Below are positions 1 to 13,500 of a DNA stretch of 64,000 nucleotides, piece by piece. Under the pieces are notes generated by a model, which worked only from the letters and a program-made list of their open reading frames with translations, was not told the DNA's origin and made no database searches. The translations under genes and the position numbers were made by a program. Every line of letters begins with the position of its first letter. Positions within the stretch are counted from its first letter, which is position 1. The stretch lies in NCBI GenBank assembly GCA_034780895.1, contig JAUZTB010000002.1:32432569-32496568 (forward strand). Reading direction: 5' to 3'. Source of the stretch: Rhynchobatus australiae (taxonomy: Eukaryota).

Positions 1-600
1 CCATATATGCCACATCAACACATTTTGCTCATCAACCCTTTCTGTAATTCCATCAAAAGACTCACCCAATTAGTGAAACATGATTTGCCTTGAACAAATC
101 CAAACTGCCTTTCTATAATCAATCCACACTTGTCCAAGTGACTGCTAAATTTTTCCCTGACTGTCATTGCCAGTGGTTTGTCCAATGGGGTTAATTGACT
201 AAGATAAGATAAGATTTCTCTATTAGTCATGTGTACATCGAAACACACAGTGAAATGCACCTTTTGCGTAGAGTGTTCTGGAGGCAGCCAACAAGTGTCG
301 TCACTCTTCCGGCACCAACTTAGCATGCTCACAACCTCCTAACCCGTACATCTTTGGTATGTGGGAGGAAGCTGGAGCACCCGGAGGAAACCCATGCAGT
401 CATGGGAAGAACGTACAAACTCCTACAGATAGTGACTGGAATTGAACCTGGGTCGCTGGCGCTGTAATAGCATTACACTAACTACTACACTACCGTCCCT
501 GCCCTGTGGCTTCTGGGTTTGCTCTTATATCTTTTGTTTCTGAACATTTGCAGTTCTCCAGACATCAGACCCCAGCCCAGATATTTGGCAGATTAAGGAG
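1..600 (-). mobile_element. CR1-type LINE RT fragment interrupted by a SINE
   Basis: Minus translation HLDKCGLIIERQFGFVQGKSCFTN resembles the CR1 RT 'QHGF..GKSCLTN' motif; the LINE resumes after 504. Confidence 0.8.
201..504 (-). mobile_element. tRNA-derived V-SINE (HE1-like), near full length
   Basis: Reverse complement aligns by eye over its whole length with 10061-10358: B-box GGTTCAATTCC, V-domain GGGTTTCCTCCGGGTGCTCC, (ATCTT)n tail. Confidence 0.88.
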
Positions 601-959
601 CACACCTTCACAATTTCCACTTTTACCTCACCCAGTAACCTAGGATTATCCAAATGGGTAATATATTCATCCACAGTACTGCTAGCCATTCTAGTGTTGC
701 TTCTTTATTAACTTTAGCTTATCCAATATTTCAATTACATCCTTACTGTAGGCAATATTCGGAACATATACAATAATCTAACTCTGACCTAACTATGTTT
801 GATTCAGTTCCAGCATGACCTCCATGTTCTTATATTTTGTGTTTCCACCAATAAAGTTAAGTATCCCAAATGACTTCTTAACCACCTGTCCTTCAGTAAT
901 TTGTGGGTGCATCCTTTACAGTTTGTGTGTTCCTTAACACTTCTTAACATCTGACCACT

Positions 960-1800
960 ATAGATGACATGAAATTTGGTGGTGTTGTTGATAGTGAGGA
1001 AGATAACTTTGGGATACAGGAATATATTTATCCTAATGGGCAGAGCAATGGCAGACAGAACTTAATCTGGAAAAGTGTGAGGTGATGCACTTTGGGTGGA
1101 CTAATAAGGGCAAGACATACAAGTCCAAGGATTCCTGAGGGTGCCAGCACAGATGGATATGTGATGAAGAAGGTGTATTGGACACTTGGGTTCATTAGCC
1201 AGGGCATTGAACATAAAGAGCAGGGAGATTATGAACAGCTTTTCAAAATATTGGTTAGGCCACAACAAGAGTAGTGTGTGCAGTTTGGTCACCACATCAT
1301 AGGAAGGATGTCTGTCTCATGCCTCCCTTTCACTCCTTTATACTGGCTATCTCTCAGTCCTGATACAGGGTTTGGTCCTGATACAGGGTCTTGACCTGAA
1401 ATGTTGACCATTCTTTTGCCTCCACAGATGCTGTTTGACCTGCTGAGTTCTCCCAGCAACTATCTTGTTCGAAATTCCAGCAACTTAGAGTTTCTTGTGT
1501 CTCCACAGGAAGTATGTGATTGGACTGGAAAGGGTGAGGAAGAGATTCACCAGGATGTTTGCAGGGTGCAATATTGCAGTATGAGGAGAGACCAGAGAGA
1601 CTGGGTTTGTATGAGGGGTCAAACAGAGTAGTTACTAGGAACCTTTACTCAGTAACAGAGATATCAAAAACTAGAGGACATATGTTTATGGCAGGGTGGA
1701 AGAGATCTAAAGGGGATCTTAGGAAGAATTTTTTCACTTAGGGGGTGATTGGATATTGAAGCACACTCAGGTACCCTCGCAATATTTATGGAGTACCTGC
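960..1800 (+). mobile_element. CR1-type LINE 3' fragment, split by a Penelope-type insert
   Basis: GATGACATGAAATTTGGTGG (decayed FADD region), AAGTGTGAGGTGATGCACTTTGG, and translation ending KGDLRKNFFT. Confidence 0.82.
1312..1503 (+). mobile_element. Penelope-type terminal repeat fragment with 14-bp target-site duplication
   Basis: Contains CAGATGCTG...CCTGCTGAGTT...CCAGCA; flanked by CATAGGAAGGATGT (1298-1311) and CACAGGAAGTATGT (1504-1517). Confidence 0.7.
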
Positions 1801-2061
1801 ACTCTATGACACTCTGAAATTTATTGTGTTTGTTTTAATTTGTTTGCACTCCTAAAATGCATTACTTTACACATTTGTAAGCCAATACCTTACTAACCAG
1901 CACTAAGCCCATTTTAATACAACTTGGCATCCTCTCTTGATTCCCTGGACTTTTACTTTCCTGATCAATCTGTTTGCCATACAGGATTTTGTCAATGTCT
2001 TACTAAAATCCATGTATGCTGCTTCAAACATACTCCCTTTATTGACATTCCTTAGCACACT

Positions 2062-2114
2062 GAACATAGAACATTGAACACAGAACATAGAACATTGAAC
2101 ACAGAACATAGAAC
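2062..2114. repeat. 21-bp tandem repeat (GAACATAGAACATTGAACACA x2.5), LINE tail
   Basis: Units at 2062-2082 and 2083-2103, partial at 2104-2114. Confidence 0.85.
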
Positions 2115-4100
2115 AGCACAGGGACAGACCCTTCAGTTCATGATGCCTATGCAAACCATGATGCCAGTTTTAACTAATCCCATTTGCCTGCACACGGTCT
2201 GTACCCGTCCATTCACTATCTGCACATGTGGCTGTCAAAATGCCTAAAAGATGCTATCATATCTTGGGATGGTGGGTCGTATCTACTTCCACAACTTCCT
2301 CTGGCAACATGTTCCAGGCACCTACCACTCTCTGTGTCAAAAACTTGNNNNNNNNNNNNNNNNNNNNNNNNNNNNNNNNNNNNNNNNNNNNNNNNNNNNN
2401 NNNNNNNNNNNNNNNNNNNNNNNNNNNNNNNNNNNNNNNNNNNNNNNCAACTTCCTCTGGCAACATGTTCCAGGCACCTACCACGCTCTGTGTCAAAAAC
2501 TTGCCTTGCAAATCTCTGTTAAACTTTCTCCCTATCACTTAAAGTTGTGCCCTCTAGTGTTTGACATTTCCACCCTGGAAAGTGGCTCTGACTATCCATC
2601 TTGTCTATGCCTCTCTTGATTTTATATACCATCTGTTTGCCTCTCAGCCTCTGGCAGTCCAGAGAAAACAATCCAAGTTTGTCCCACCGCTCCTATTAAC
2701 TAATACCCTCTAAGCCAGGCGGCATCCTGGTGAACCTCTTCTGCACTCTCTCCAAAACCTCCAGATCTGTCCTGTAGTGTGGCAATCAGATCTGCACATG
2801 ATACTCCAAATATGGCCCAATCAAACTTTTATACAGGTGTAACATGACTTTCCAACTTTTATACTCTACACCCCTACCAATGAAGGCACGTAACCTGTAT
2901 GCCTTCTTTACCACCCTATCTATTGTGTTATCACTCCCAGGGAGCTATTTCCTTGCATCCCAAGATCCCTCTGTACATCAGTGATCCTAAGGTTTCATTT
3001 TTCTCTTACATTTCACCTCCCAAAGTGCAACATCTCACACTTGTCCAGATTCAACTTCACTCACCATTTTTCTGCCCACATTTCTAAGTGGTCTACATCC
3101 TGCTGAATCCTTTAACAACGTTCCTCACTATCCACAGGTCCACCAAGTTTTGTGCTGTCTGCAAACTTACCATTCAGCCCACCTACATTTTCATCCAAAT
3201 CATTTAAACATATCACAAAGAGAGGACCTGGCACGAACCCTTATGGAACACCTCTGGTCGCAGACTTCCAGTCAGAATAATACCAGTTCACCACGACACT
3301 CTGTCTTCTCTGGCCAAAACAATTTTGAATACAATCTACCAAGTCACCATGGATCCCATGTGCCTTAATCTTCTGGATCAGCTTACCAAGAGAGACCTTG
3401 TCGAAAGTCCATGTCGACAACATCCACTGCCCTACCTCATCACTTTGTCACTTCCTCAAAAAGCTCAAACAAGTTTGTTAGAAATGACCTCCCCCACACA
3501 AACCCATGCTGATTATCCCTAATAAGTCTACGTTTTTCTAGATGTAAATAGAACATATCTCTAAAAATTTTCTCCAATAATTCAGTCTGCTGGGACCTCA
3601 ACAGTGGCTAATGAGGATACAAAGATCTCTGCCAAAGACCCAGTAGTCCTCTCTTCCCTCTCTCAATAATTGGGATGGATGCCATTGGGTCCTGAGGACT
3701 TAACCACCTTAAAGTTCTTCAAGAGACCCAACACCACCTCCATCTTGTTATCAACATGCCCTAGAGTNNNNNNNNNNNNNNNNNNNNNNNNNNNNNNNNN
3801 NNNNNNNNNNNNNNNNNNNNNNNNNNNNNNNNNNNNNNNNNNNNNNNNNNNNNNNNNNNNNNNNNNNNCCAGGTGCAAATTCCCTCCTTTGTCCTTGAGT
3901 GGTCCTGCCCTTTCCCAACTTACCCTCTTGTTTTTATGTATATATAAAATGCCTTGGGACTCTCTTTCATCCTACTCACCAAGGACATTTTATGGTCCCT
4001 CTTAGCCTTCCTGATTCCCTGTTTCAGTTCTCTCCTGCTTCCTTTATATTCATCAAAGGCCTTTGCCTCCTTCTTGAAAATTTCTATTTTGTGGTGAGTC
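2062..4100 (-). mobile_element. CR1/HER1-type LINE, 5'-truncated with 3' tail, frameshifted
   Basis: Minus-strand peptides FDKVSLGKLIQKIKAHGIHG...RGVP, KSSGPNGIHP, ESPKAFYIYIKTR, KFLTQRVVGAWNMLPEEVVE; tail is a tandem repeat at 2062-2114. Confidence 0.9.
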
Positions 4101-6965
4101 ATAGTCATCTTTTCACATATTCATGTTGACTGCCCTTAATTAACCTGTGACTCTCTGAATGATATGCTGCATTACATCTTCCCTCAGAATTCTTCCTGTC
4201 AGTTTGCCCACTCCGATTGTTATTCAGTCTATCCCTGAGATCCTTTGAAGTAACAATTGCACCACACCTGTAGCAGAAGAGCACTAGAAAATGATGGTCA
4301 CATTTTTCTTCCATGCTTCTTTTTAAACCCAGGGATTCATTTTATTCAGGTCTGATGTAATATCCATTTGTGAAGATATTAGACTCTTGCATATGTCCTC
4401 GATTTCTATGTTTATCACTTCCAAAATGTCAATGTCCTTTCTCACTAATGCCAATGCCCATATCAACTCTACTTTGTGAAGACAGATGCGAAGTATTCAG
4501 TCAGAAACTTTCACATTTCCATGTTTCCTNNNNNNNNNNNNNNNNNNNNNNNNNNNNNNNNNNNNNNNNNNNNNNNNNNNNNNNNNNNNNNNNNNNNNNN
4601 NNNNNNNNNNNNNNNNNNNNNNNNNNNNNAACTTTCACATTTCCATGTTTCCTTATGACATAGAAGAAAGTCATTCAGCCCATCAAATCTATGTTGGTTC
4701 ACAGAGCAATCCCGTTACCCCACTCATTTTCTATATAATTTATTTTACACGTTTCCTGTCTCCAAACTCAGGCTCCAGTTGGTCTCTTGCAGGTCCATCC
4801 TTTGTTATCCTCCTTTCCTTCACTTATTTATAAAGTATTTCAAGGTATTCATTGATTTAACTTGACAGTATCCCTTTTTTCAATGTACCATCTCCCCCCC
4901 ACTCCAATTTCCTTTGTAATCTCACCTCAACACCCTCTGTATCTCCTCCGGGCTTTCTGTAGTACTAAACTCTTAGCCTCTGCCATAAGTTTCCCTGTTT
5001 CATTTTATTCTGTCCTACATGTTCCACTGTATCCAAAGTGGCCAGAAATGGAAGCTCCCTTTATTCATTTAATGAGAACATAATTGCTCCAAATCCTTGG
5101 TATCTCTTCCTTGAATGTCTCCCAGTGCTCTAACACCAATTTACCTTCAAGTTGTTGCTTCAGTCTACGCAGGGCAAGGCACATTTTGTGTCATCCTTCA
5201 ACCACACAGAATTCTGCCATTAAACTGCAGCCTGATACAGGTCTGGATTTTGCCGTTTTCTCTGCCAAGTTATTGTTCTCGCCTGCTACATATGATTTCA
5301 ACTGGTTTCAGTTTTGAGTTCAGCCATCACAATTGAATCTAATCATGCTAAACTATTGAAATTACCTTTGCCTTAAACAAGGATGTATAGTGGAGAATAT
5401 CAGATGTCAAGTGTGAAATGTATGCCAGGACTTGCTTCTGGGAATAGGTGAGCAGCAACTCAGATTAGACTGTTAATAGCCATTAGAGTTAAAGCCATTT
5501 GCATCAGATCTGATTTTAATCTGGCAAGTAGCAGAATTTCAGTCAAATTGACATCAAGGTAAAGTAATTTGCAAATTTTAGACAGTTGNNNNNNNNNNNN
5601 NNNNNNNNNNNNNNNNNNNNNNNNNNNNNNNNNNNNNNNNNNNNNNNNNNNNNNNNNNNNNNNNNNNNNNNNNNNNNNNNNNNNNNNNNNNNNNNNNNNN
5701 NNNNNNNNNNNNNNNNNNNNNNNNNNNNNNNNNNNNNNNNNNNNNNNNNNNNNNNNNNNNNNNNNNNNNNNNNNNNNNNNNNNNNNNNNNNNNNNNNNNN
5801 NNNNNNNNNNNNNNATGTCTTTCATTACTGGTATCCTTGCAATTATTTTATTTGCGTGTGAACATAGAAGGATGTCATTAGGTGCAACATGGCTGGCTGG
5901 TTGAGGAAAGCTATCCAACTTAATTTTATCTTCCAACGCTGTCACAGTCTTTTAGGTTCTACCAATTACTCTTCTTCTTTATCTTCTTTCTCTTCTTCAT
6001 CATCATAGGCAATCCCTTGGGATTAAGGATGACTTCCTATTTACTCTGTCCTATTTATTCTGTTTAAAAATCCAATATTTCTGCACATTTTTTTAAAATT
6101 TTAGCCTTGTGCTGTTTTCTTAAAAAGTTGATTTTGCTACCTCTTCCCATAGCTTTTTTTCTTAACACCAAATACAATTCCCTTCTGAAAGAGTGATTAC
6201 TTGCAGTAAAACAGCTTTTTATCTCACTGCTGCATGAGAAAGGAGTGATCCAAACTATGTTCCATCCTTTTTGGAAAACCAGTTACCCTGCACTTGTTGC
6301 CTTGTAATTGCTAAACAGAGGTCACAGATAAACCATCTGGTGAATCAAAAGGCAAATCACCATCTTGTCAGTTCATGATACAATGTGTGCACCAACATGT
6401 GCTGAACTAATGAACTTCCATTTCTATATTTAAACATGTTCTTTTTTATTCCTTCTTAATTTTTGCAGCCAATTATTCTTCATATTTCCTCCAATTGAGA
6501 AAGCAAAAGGATCCAAACTATCAGTTTATTCAATGCCTGCCATCCGAAGTGACACATCAAGATCAGATCAATGATAGATATCTTGTTCAATGTCAAATCT
6601 CCTGTGCCTTCCCAGTCAGCTCATAATAATCGGTTATTTGGTCAAATTGGTGGCACACAATTGGGCTCTAAATATTACCAGTTTTGCCAGCAATATTGAA
6701 GAATATGCTGGAGACATAGTCATAATTAGGATTGCAGCCCATGCAAACAATGAACCATTTCCTTCTGTTCTTCAGGACATCCTAAGATCCAAAGATCCAT
6801 GCAATGTGCTGTTATCTCAATGCATGGTCTTATTGTCAGAATATTGAAATGGAAGATCACTCATGATCCAGCTGAATGGTGGAGCACCTTTAACGGCCAA
6901 ATGACCTATTCGTAGAGTCATAAGCTCATAGAGAGATGGAAATAAGCACTTTGTCCACTAAGTCT

Positions 6966-7118
6966 GTGTGTAGCGGTTAGCATAATGCTTTACAGTGCCA
7001 GCGACCCAGCCACTGTCTGTAAGGTGTTTGTATGTTCTACCCGTGTCTGAGTGAGTTTCCTCTGGGTGCTCCGGTTTCCTCCCACATTCCAAAGATGTAC
7101 AGGTTAGGAAGTTGTGGA
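6966..7118 (+). mobile_element. V-SINE copy lacking the B-box, runs into a gap
   Basis: GTGTAGCGGTTAGC head and V-domain GTTTCCTCTGGGTGCTCCGGTTTCCTCCCACATTCCAAAGA; the GGTTCAATTCC segment is deleted relative to the 10061 copy. Confidence 0.85.
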
Positions 7119-8904
7119 NNNNNNNNNNNNNNNNNNNNNNNNNNNNNNNNNNNNNNNNNNNNNNNNNNNNNNNNNNNNNNNNNNNNNNNNNNNNNNNNNN
7201 NNNNNNNNNNNNNNNNNNNNNNNNNNNNNNNNNNNNNNNNNNNNNNNNNNNNNNNNNNNNNNNNNNNNNNNNNNNNNNNNNNNNNNNNNNNNNNNNNNNN
7301 NNNNNNNNNNNNNNNNNNNNNNNNNNNNNNNNNNNNNNNNNNNNNNNNNNNNNNNNNNNNNNNNNNNNNNNNNNNNNNNNNNNNNNNNNNNNNNNNNNNN
7401 NNNNNNNNNNNNNNNNNNNNNNNNNNNNNNNNNNNNNNNNNNNNNNNNNNNNNNNNNNNNNNNNNNNNNNNNNNNNNNNNNNNNNNNNNNNNNNNNNNNN
7501 NNNNNNNNNNNNNNNNNNNNNNNNNNNNNNNNNNNNNNNNNNNNNNNNNNNNNNNNNNNNNNNNNNNNNNNNNNNNNNNNNNNNNNNNNNNNNNNNNNNN
7601 NNNNNNNNNNNNNNNNNNNNNNNNNNNNNNNNNNNNNNNNNNNNNNNNNNNNNNNNNNNNNNNNNNNNNNNNNNNNNNNNNNNNNNNNNNNNNNNNNNNN
7701 NNNNNNNNNNNNNNNNNNNNNNNNNNNNNNNNNNNNNNNNNNNNNNNNNNNNNNNNNNNNNNNNNNNNNNNNNNNNNNNNNNNNNNNNNNNNNNNNNNNN
7801 NNNNNNNNNNNNNNNNNNNNNNNNNNNNNNNTCGATACATACTTGAAAAGAATTTAGATATTTGAGCTGAGAGATCAAAATGGAGGAAGCTATCATTCCT
7901 TTCTGTCTAAAGCTCTGCACTTGTTGCTGTTGTCCTCAAGTTGCTCCAGGCACATTGAATTTCTTACTGATGCATCATCAGCATCAGACCTCAGATAGGT
8001 CCTGGGAGAGGGCAGGCAATCATGAGGGAGCTAAGTTTGTTGTCAACAAACTTAACATTTTTTTTGTGGAGAATTCCAATGACTCCTTTAAAGACCACGG
8101 TCTAAGTCATATGTTCCTGAAGCCCTTTCTGGCAGTGAACCTGGAAGCGTCTTTATCCGCCTTACTGCCGGGTGCTGCTCTTCTGGTGCAGAATACTTGC
8201 CTCAGCACACTTTGGTGTCCATTATGTACCTCTAAAACATGTGCAGTATAAGCCATTTTCTAGGCTGAGTTATTTTAAAATGTGCTTTTAAGTTAAAGTA
8301 TACTTTAAAGGAATTGAATTCACAGGACAGGATTAGCAAATAAAGTTTAATTTCAGATGTTAGCATCAAAGCATCATCTCAGGGATGTATTTGAATGCAG
8401 CACCAATTATTACCATACTAGGTTGGCATATTGGGTGTTTGGATGGTAGGAGGAGAAACAGACAAGCATACCATATGTCACAGCTTATTGAATTTGGTTT
8501 CCATTCAATGAAAGTTCACCACATTTTTTAAGTGAGAAAAATCAAACTTAGGTCTTGTGATTCATTTTCTTTTTGTTCTATCCATTTGATTAGTTGTGAT
8601 GGCAAGATATTCATTTCTTCCTCTCACTAGGAAGGGTGCCCCACCAACTGTGCCAAGGGACTGAAAGTAGATGAGGTGGCTTAAACTGAGAGTTCAGATA
8701 AAGTGTCAGGTATAATAGCAGGCAAAGGTACAACAACTGATCAATTGATCTATCATAATCTTTGTGGCTAAAATCATGATACCTCTCCAATGAATTTAAG
8801 TTTGTTAGACGGAAAATTAATGTGTTTTCATTGCATTACTGATTTTACCAGTGCAGCTCCCAGCAACCTCTGCTTGCCATGAGATGCAGTTGCATTGTGA
8901 TAGA

Positions 8905-9185
8905 ATCACCCAATTAACATCTGGAGGCTTTGTTTACTAGTTAGGAAATCTAAGTTCAAATCCCCACAGGAGCTGGGGAATTTAAGTTCAAGCAATTACA
9001 TAAATCTGCAATATAAAGTCAGGATTGGAGACTATGAAACTATTGGAATGATGGAAAAAGAAAACATGGCTCACTTAATCTCATTGGAAGGAAATTTGCC
9101 ATCCTGATTCTAGGGCTGTCAGTGTGGTTCATCCTTAACTGCCCTCTCAAATGGCCTATGCAACTGTCAAGAATAGGTAAGTGAT
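8905..9185 (+). mobile_element. Older tRNA-derived SINE of a different family
   Basis: B-box-like AGTTCAAATCCC, plus GGAAGGAAATTTGCCATCCT and CTTAACTGCCCTCTCAAATGGCCTA blocks recalled from a common shark SINE. Confidence 0.6.
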
Positions 9186-10060
9186 GTTCGTATAAATGAA
9201 AAAGAACCCAAATGTTGTTTGCTTTCATTATGCACTGTAGTAAAAACAAATTTTAAATAATAAGAGCGCTGTAAACACTATGTAATTTAAATTGTTTGAA
9301 TTTAGAGCATGGGCTTTAAATCCAAGGGGCTAAAAGGTGAATCCAAACATAATGTTGTGGAAAGAGTTGGAACACTTTAAGTGGATTTGGAGATCAACAA
9401 GAGGTGGGAAATGGGTACAGGCCAAAGTCAAGAGTAAGGAAGTTTCTAAATCTTACAGCTACTTTGCCTTTTTCTATTCACTTCCATCTTGAGATAATGC
9501 AGGTTTCTCTTTCTCAGTCACTCTGTGTGGTCACAGGCTAATGAAATGCCCAAATGATGAAAGCACTAGCTTGAATGTCAAGTCACGTCCTATAACTGGA
9601 CATAAAGGTCAATCTGCTAGCACTAAGTTGTTCAGCTGTATTATTTTAATCATATTAGATATATTTTATATGCACTGATTATAATGAAGCTATAGGCAAT
9701 GCTCTTGATCTTATTGAGGAATAGGTGACCTGGTGGAGCAGAAAAGAATTGACCAATAAATGTTCTGTGATGTGAGAAGTTGTTGAGTGATGTATCCTTT
9801 GGTTTATGACTCAGTTATAAACAGGCTTGAAATATAATGTTAGTTCATTTGTTCATGTTTTGTCTCAAAGAGAAAAACATGTAGCATCAGACATCACCAA
9901 AGAACCTGGATTATTTAATACTAGCACACTACATTAGCTAACTAGAAACTCCGTGCCATCAGAGCTACTGTGTTCCAGATAAAATTTGACTCAGTTGTAC
10001 AGATCATTTTGTTTATCAAACTAATTTTTCAGCAGTTCTTCTTCAAAATCGTCAAGCTCT

Positions 10061-10358
10061 CAGGCAGGCATGGTGGTGTAGTGGTTAGCAAAACACTATT
10101 ACAGTACCAGTGACCTGGGTTCAATTCCCACTGCTGTCTGTAAGGAGTTTATATGTTCTCCCCATGTCTGCGTGGGTTTCCTCCGGGTGCTCTGGTTTCC
10201 TCCCACATTCCAAAGACGTACAACTTTGGAAGTTGTGGGCATGCTATGTTGGCACCAGAAGCGTGGCAACACTTGCGGGCTGCCCCAGAACACTACGCAA
10301 AAGATGTATTTCACTGTGTGTTTCGATGTACGTGTGACTGATAAAGAGATCTTATCTT
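10061..10358 (+). mobile_element. tRNA-derived V-SINE, full length
   Basis: A-box TGGTGTAGTGG 10074-10084, B-box GGTTCAATTCC 10118-10128, V-domain, tail ATAAAGAGATCTTATCTT. Confidence 0.9.
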
Positions 10359-10482
10359 TGTTGTTTCAATATACCACCCTGTAGCAGGATCAAAGTAGCT
10401 CCTCCAGAAGTTCCTTGAAGTCAGTAAATATCTGAATGAGAAGCTTGACCTCCTAAGGAAACAAATCTGAAAGGTGACATGA

Positions 10483-10585
10483 TCTGAAATAAAAGTTGAA
10501 AATGCTGGAAATAATCAGCAGGTCAAGCAGAATATATGGAGAAAGAAATAGAATTAACATTTCAGGTTGATATCCTTTCAAAAGA
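10483..10585 (-). mobile_element. Penelope-type terminal repeat remnant
   Basis: AATGCTGGAAATAATCAGCAGGTCAAGCAG is the reverse complement of the motif in 1312-1503. Confidence 0.6.
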
Positions 10586-13500
10586 TTAATTGTTTCTGAT
10601 TTTCAGATACATGAACAGTTCTGCATGGCTATAGTATATTGAATTGTTTGATCTCCATTCTATTTGTGTCATAATTGGGGATTGAAGCAGATGAGGTTTG
10701 GAAGGGCATTCACGAAAATGATGGCACAGTCTGAAAGATTAACTTCTATTGAATTTAAAGTGATATTTAAAGCACAGGATATTCTCCCTACTGTCACCAC
10801 AACTATATATAAAAATTTGATTCAAATCACTCCTCAACATCAGCCTTCTGACTGAGCCCAACATACTTCTAAGGCTTGATATTGAAGAATGATGTTTTGG
10901 TACTGGAACTTTGCTTGCATCCTCCCCTCACCTTACATTCCTCTTCTTTAAACTAACACAAAGGGTTAACTTAATTGCCCAAATTTTATGTTTTGGCATC
11001 AAAGTTCAGACATGACATGAAGTGCCTGCACTTTGTAAAACTAATGATGGGGCAATAATTATTTTTAGACAATTGCTTCTGAACAATTATTGAGGCACTG
11101 ATTGTGACTTTTCAAATGTGGAAAATATCACACTGCTTGAGGTCGAAAAAAATCCCATAGTAAATTCTGTTTGAAGAAAAAGCAAGCTACAACAGCCATG
11201 GGAACCTGAAACAAAAGTACATAAAATGTTCAAAACCTTCATCAATGGGGTTTACATATGTAAAGAGGACAAAGGCTAATGTATCCATCTTCCAAATATC
11301 TAATCTTCTGAATTAAATTATCTTGATAGATATACATGTTTTTAGCATTTTCACTTGTTTGATTTAATTATTTGTCACAATTAATTTTCAATACATTGAA
11401 ATCTTAAATCCCACATTTTTATGTCAGGCTTAGAATAGTCACCAATTAAATTTAATAATGTTCTGTGATTTCAGACATTCTACCCACCAATAAGTTTTAT
11501 TCATATCTTTAGGATATGAAACCATGCAGAATTAAACTTTTAAGCTGAGGCTTTTAGTCACTGTGCTTATGGGACAATATCTATCATGGAGAACTACTGT
11601 GCCAGAGATAGCTGATGATTACTAAATTGATCTTCAGCAATAAGTTCTGAGATTATTCTAAAAATGTAGTANNNNNNNNNNNNNNNNNNNNNNNNNNNNN
11701 NNNNNNNNNNNNNNNNNNNNNNNNNNNNNNNNNNNNNNNNNNNNNNNNNNNNNNNNNNNNNNNNNNNNNNNNNNNNNNNNNNNNNNNNNNNNNNNNNNNN
11801 NNNNNNNNNNNNNNNNNNNNNNNNNNNNNNNNNNNNNNNNNNNNNNNNNNNNNNNNNNNNNNNNNNNNNNNNNCTGTTCTTTGAAGCTTGCCGTTTGTGA
11901 CAATACTGCAATGGGAAGAGCATAATTAGTTTCAGTAACCTAGGGATAGACAGGGGGCAAAATGAAGAATTGTTCTGCTCCCGATAGCTATCCAATGACC
12001 TCTGTTAGGAATGTGTATGCCTAGTGAGAACTGAATTGGCCTCAGCTGTGACCTTACTTCATTGTTGAAAAGTCTGTCTGAGTTCACAGATGAAAAAAAA
12101 ATGACCACCAGTGTGGGGCCATAGGCCACTGGCGCTTTTGGAACTGCCCCAGTTAAACTGTAGTTTGCAGGGTTAAGGGAGAGCAAAGTAGGAAACAAAA
12201 CTATATGAATAAACCTTTGGAAAGTGAATCATTAGGCCAGAATTCAGTGATATTTTGTTGCTGGCAAACATTCCCACACATATTATTTTATATTTAATGT
12301 ATTCAGTAGTGCTATAATTTTCCCTTTGCAGAAACCTCTAATACGATCATCTACTCAGATTGCGCTAATGCAATATGTACTTGTACTGAGCAGAAATGAA
12401 ATAGATATTGATGGAATTGCTAGCTATCAAAAAATGAAATATTTTGTGCATTTTTCAAAAGTATGTGTCTGAATTCTCTTAAATTTAGTCACTATTATTC
12501 TCACTAATTAGACAATTATACTCAAGAATAATTACTGGGAACAGCTGATGGTAAATAGGCATGTAGAGATGTAGCAAATTGCTTAAAGCATGTTGTTTAG
12601 ACAAAGTGGGCTTTCCCTTCCTCTAATTCCTGATATACAAGAGCTGACAGTGTCAGATGCTGAGATGAGATCAAATGCAAAAAGTGAACTTCAATTACCA
12701 AGACTGTGGGATCTCACAACAATTCATATACAATAGCTTTGAACACTGACATTGTGGTCAATAAGATGTGGCCAGATTTTAGTGACAGCCATGTACCTCA
12801 AGGTACAATTTTAGCAACTTTGATGGCTTTGTGGGAACACGTTTCATTTGACTTAGGGTTGTAGCTGAGGGCCAGGTAAGTGTGGGTGCCTAGATTAATA
12901 TTTTAAAAGCAAAATGGGCAAATAAATTTTTAAAAATTGCTATAATAACTGACATCTGACTGCATTACAATTTTGTATTGTTCATATTTTATTCTATAAA
13001 TGGATTATGAATATAACAATAATGAATAAAAGAAATTGCTGGAGTTTTTTGACAGTTTTTTCTCATCACTATTTTATAAGGTTCCCCCCTCTTTTCCCAA
13101 AAACATTGACTCCTTCCCTGGATATTGTTCTCTTTGCACTGGCCATCTTCCAGTGCCTCAATGTAACAGATTGCTGTGCATTGCCAAAGGAATAGAATAT
13201 GTGAAATCATAGCACTGGGAAGGAAGTTAATTTGGAAAATTATATTTTGTTTTAGGGTGTTCCACCTTAGCATATGATATATTTGTTTGAAAGGAAATCT
13301 AATTGTAACTCATTAGAATCCTTGGATGAAATGGCTCAGCTATGACAAGAAATTTTACCAGCATAATGGCCCATGAAGATGATAAAATTAAGGGTGGTCT
13401 GATGAGATAATTGACAGGGGAGTTCTTCTAACCGGAGAATCTAGACCAATTAAAAATGTTGAGCAACATTTGATTGAGCACATCATAACTAACTGAAGGG

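Noticed and set aside
2062-2114. Regular short repeats suggesting a CRISPR-like array
   Set aside because: No spacers; it is a LINE tail repeat in a vertebrate genome.
2292-2503. Apparent ~56-bp direct repeat flanking a 100-N gap; same pattern at 4506/4630, 48712/48829 and 59772/59897
   Set aside because: Near-identical sequence on both sides of fixed 100-N gaps is a scaffolding overlap artefact, not a biological repeat.
6958-7920. Long ORFs of 240-320 aa in the ORF track, and similar X-rich ORFs elsewhere
   Set aside because: Open only because they span N-gaps.
10061-10135. tRNA-like A-box/B-box
   Set aside because: Head of a multi-copy SINE; no complete cloverleaf.
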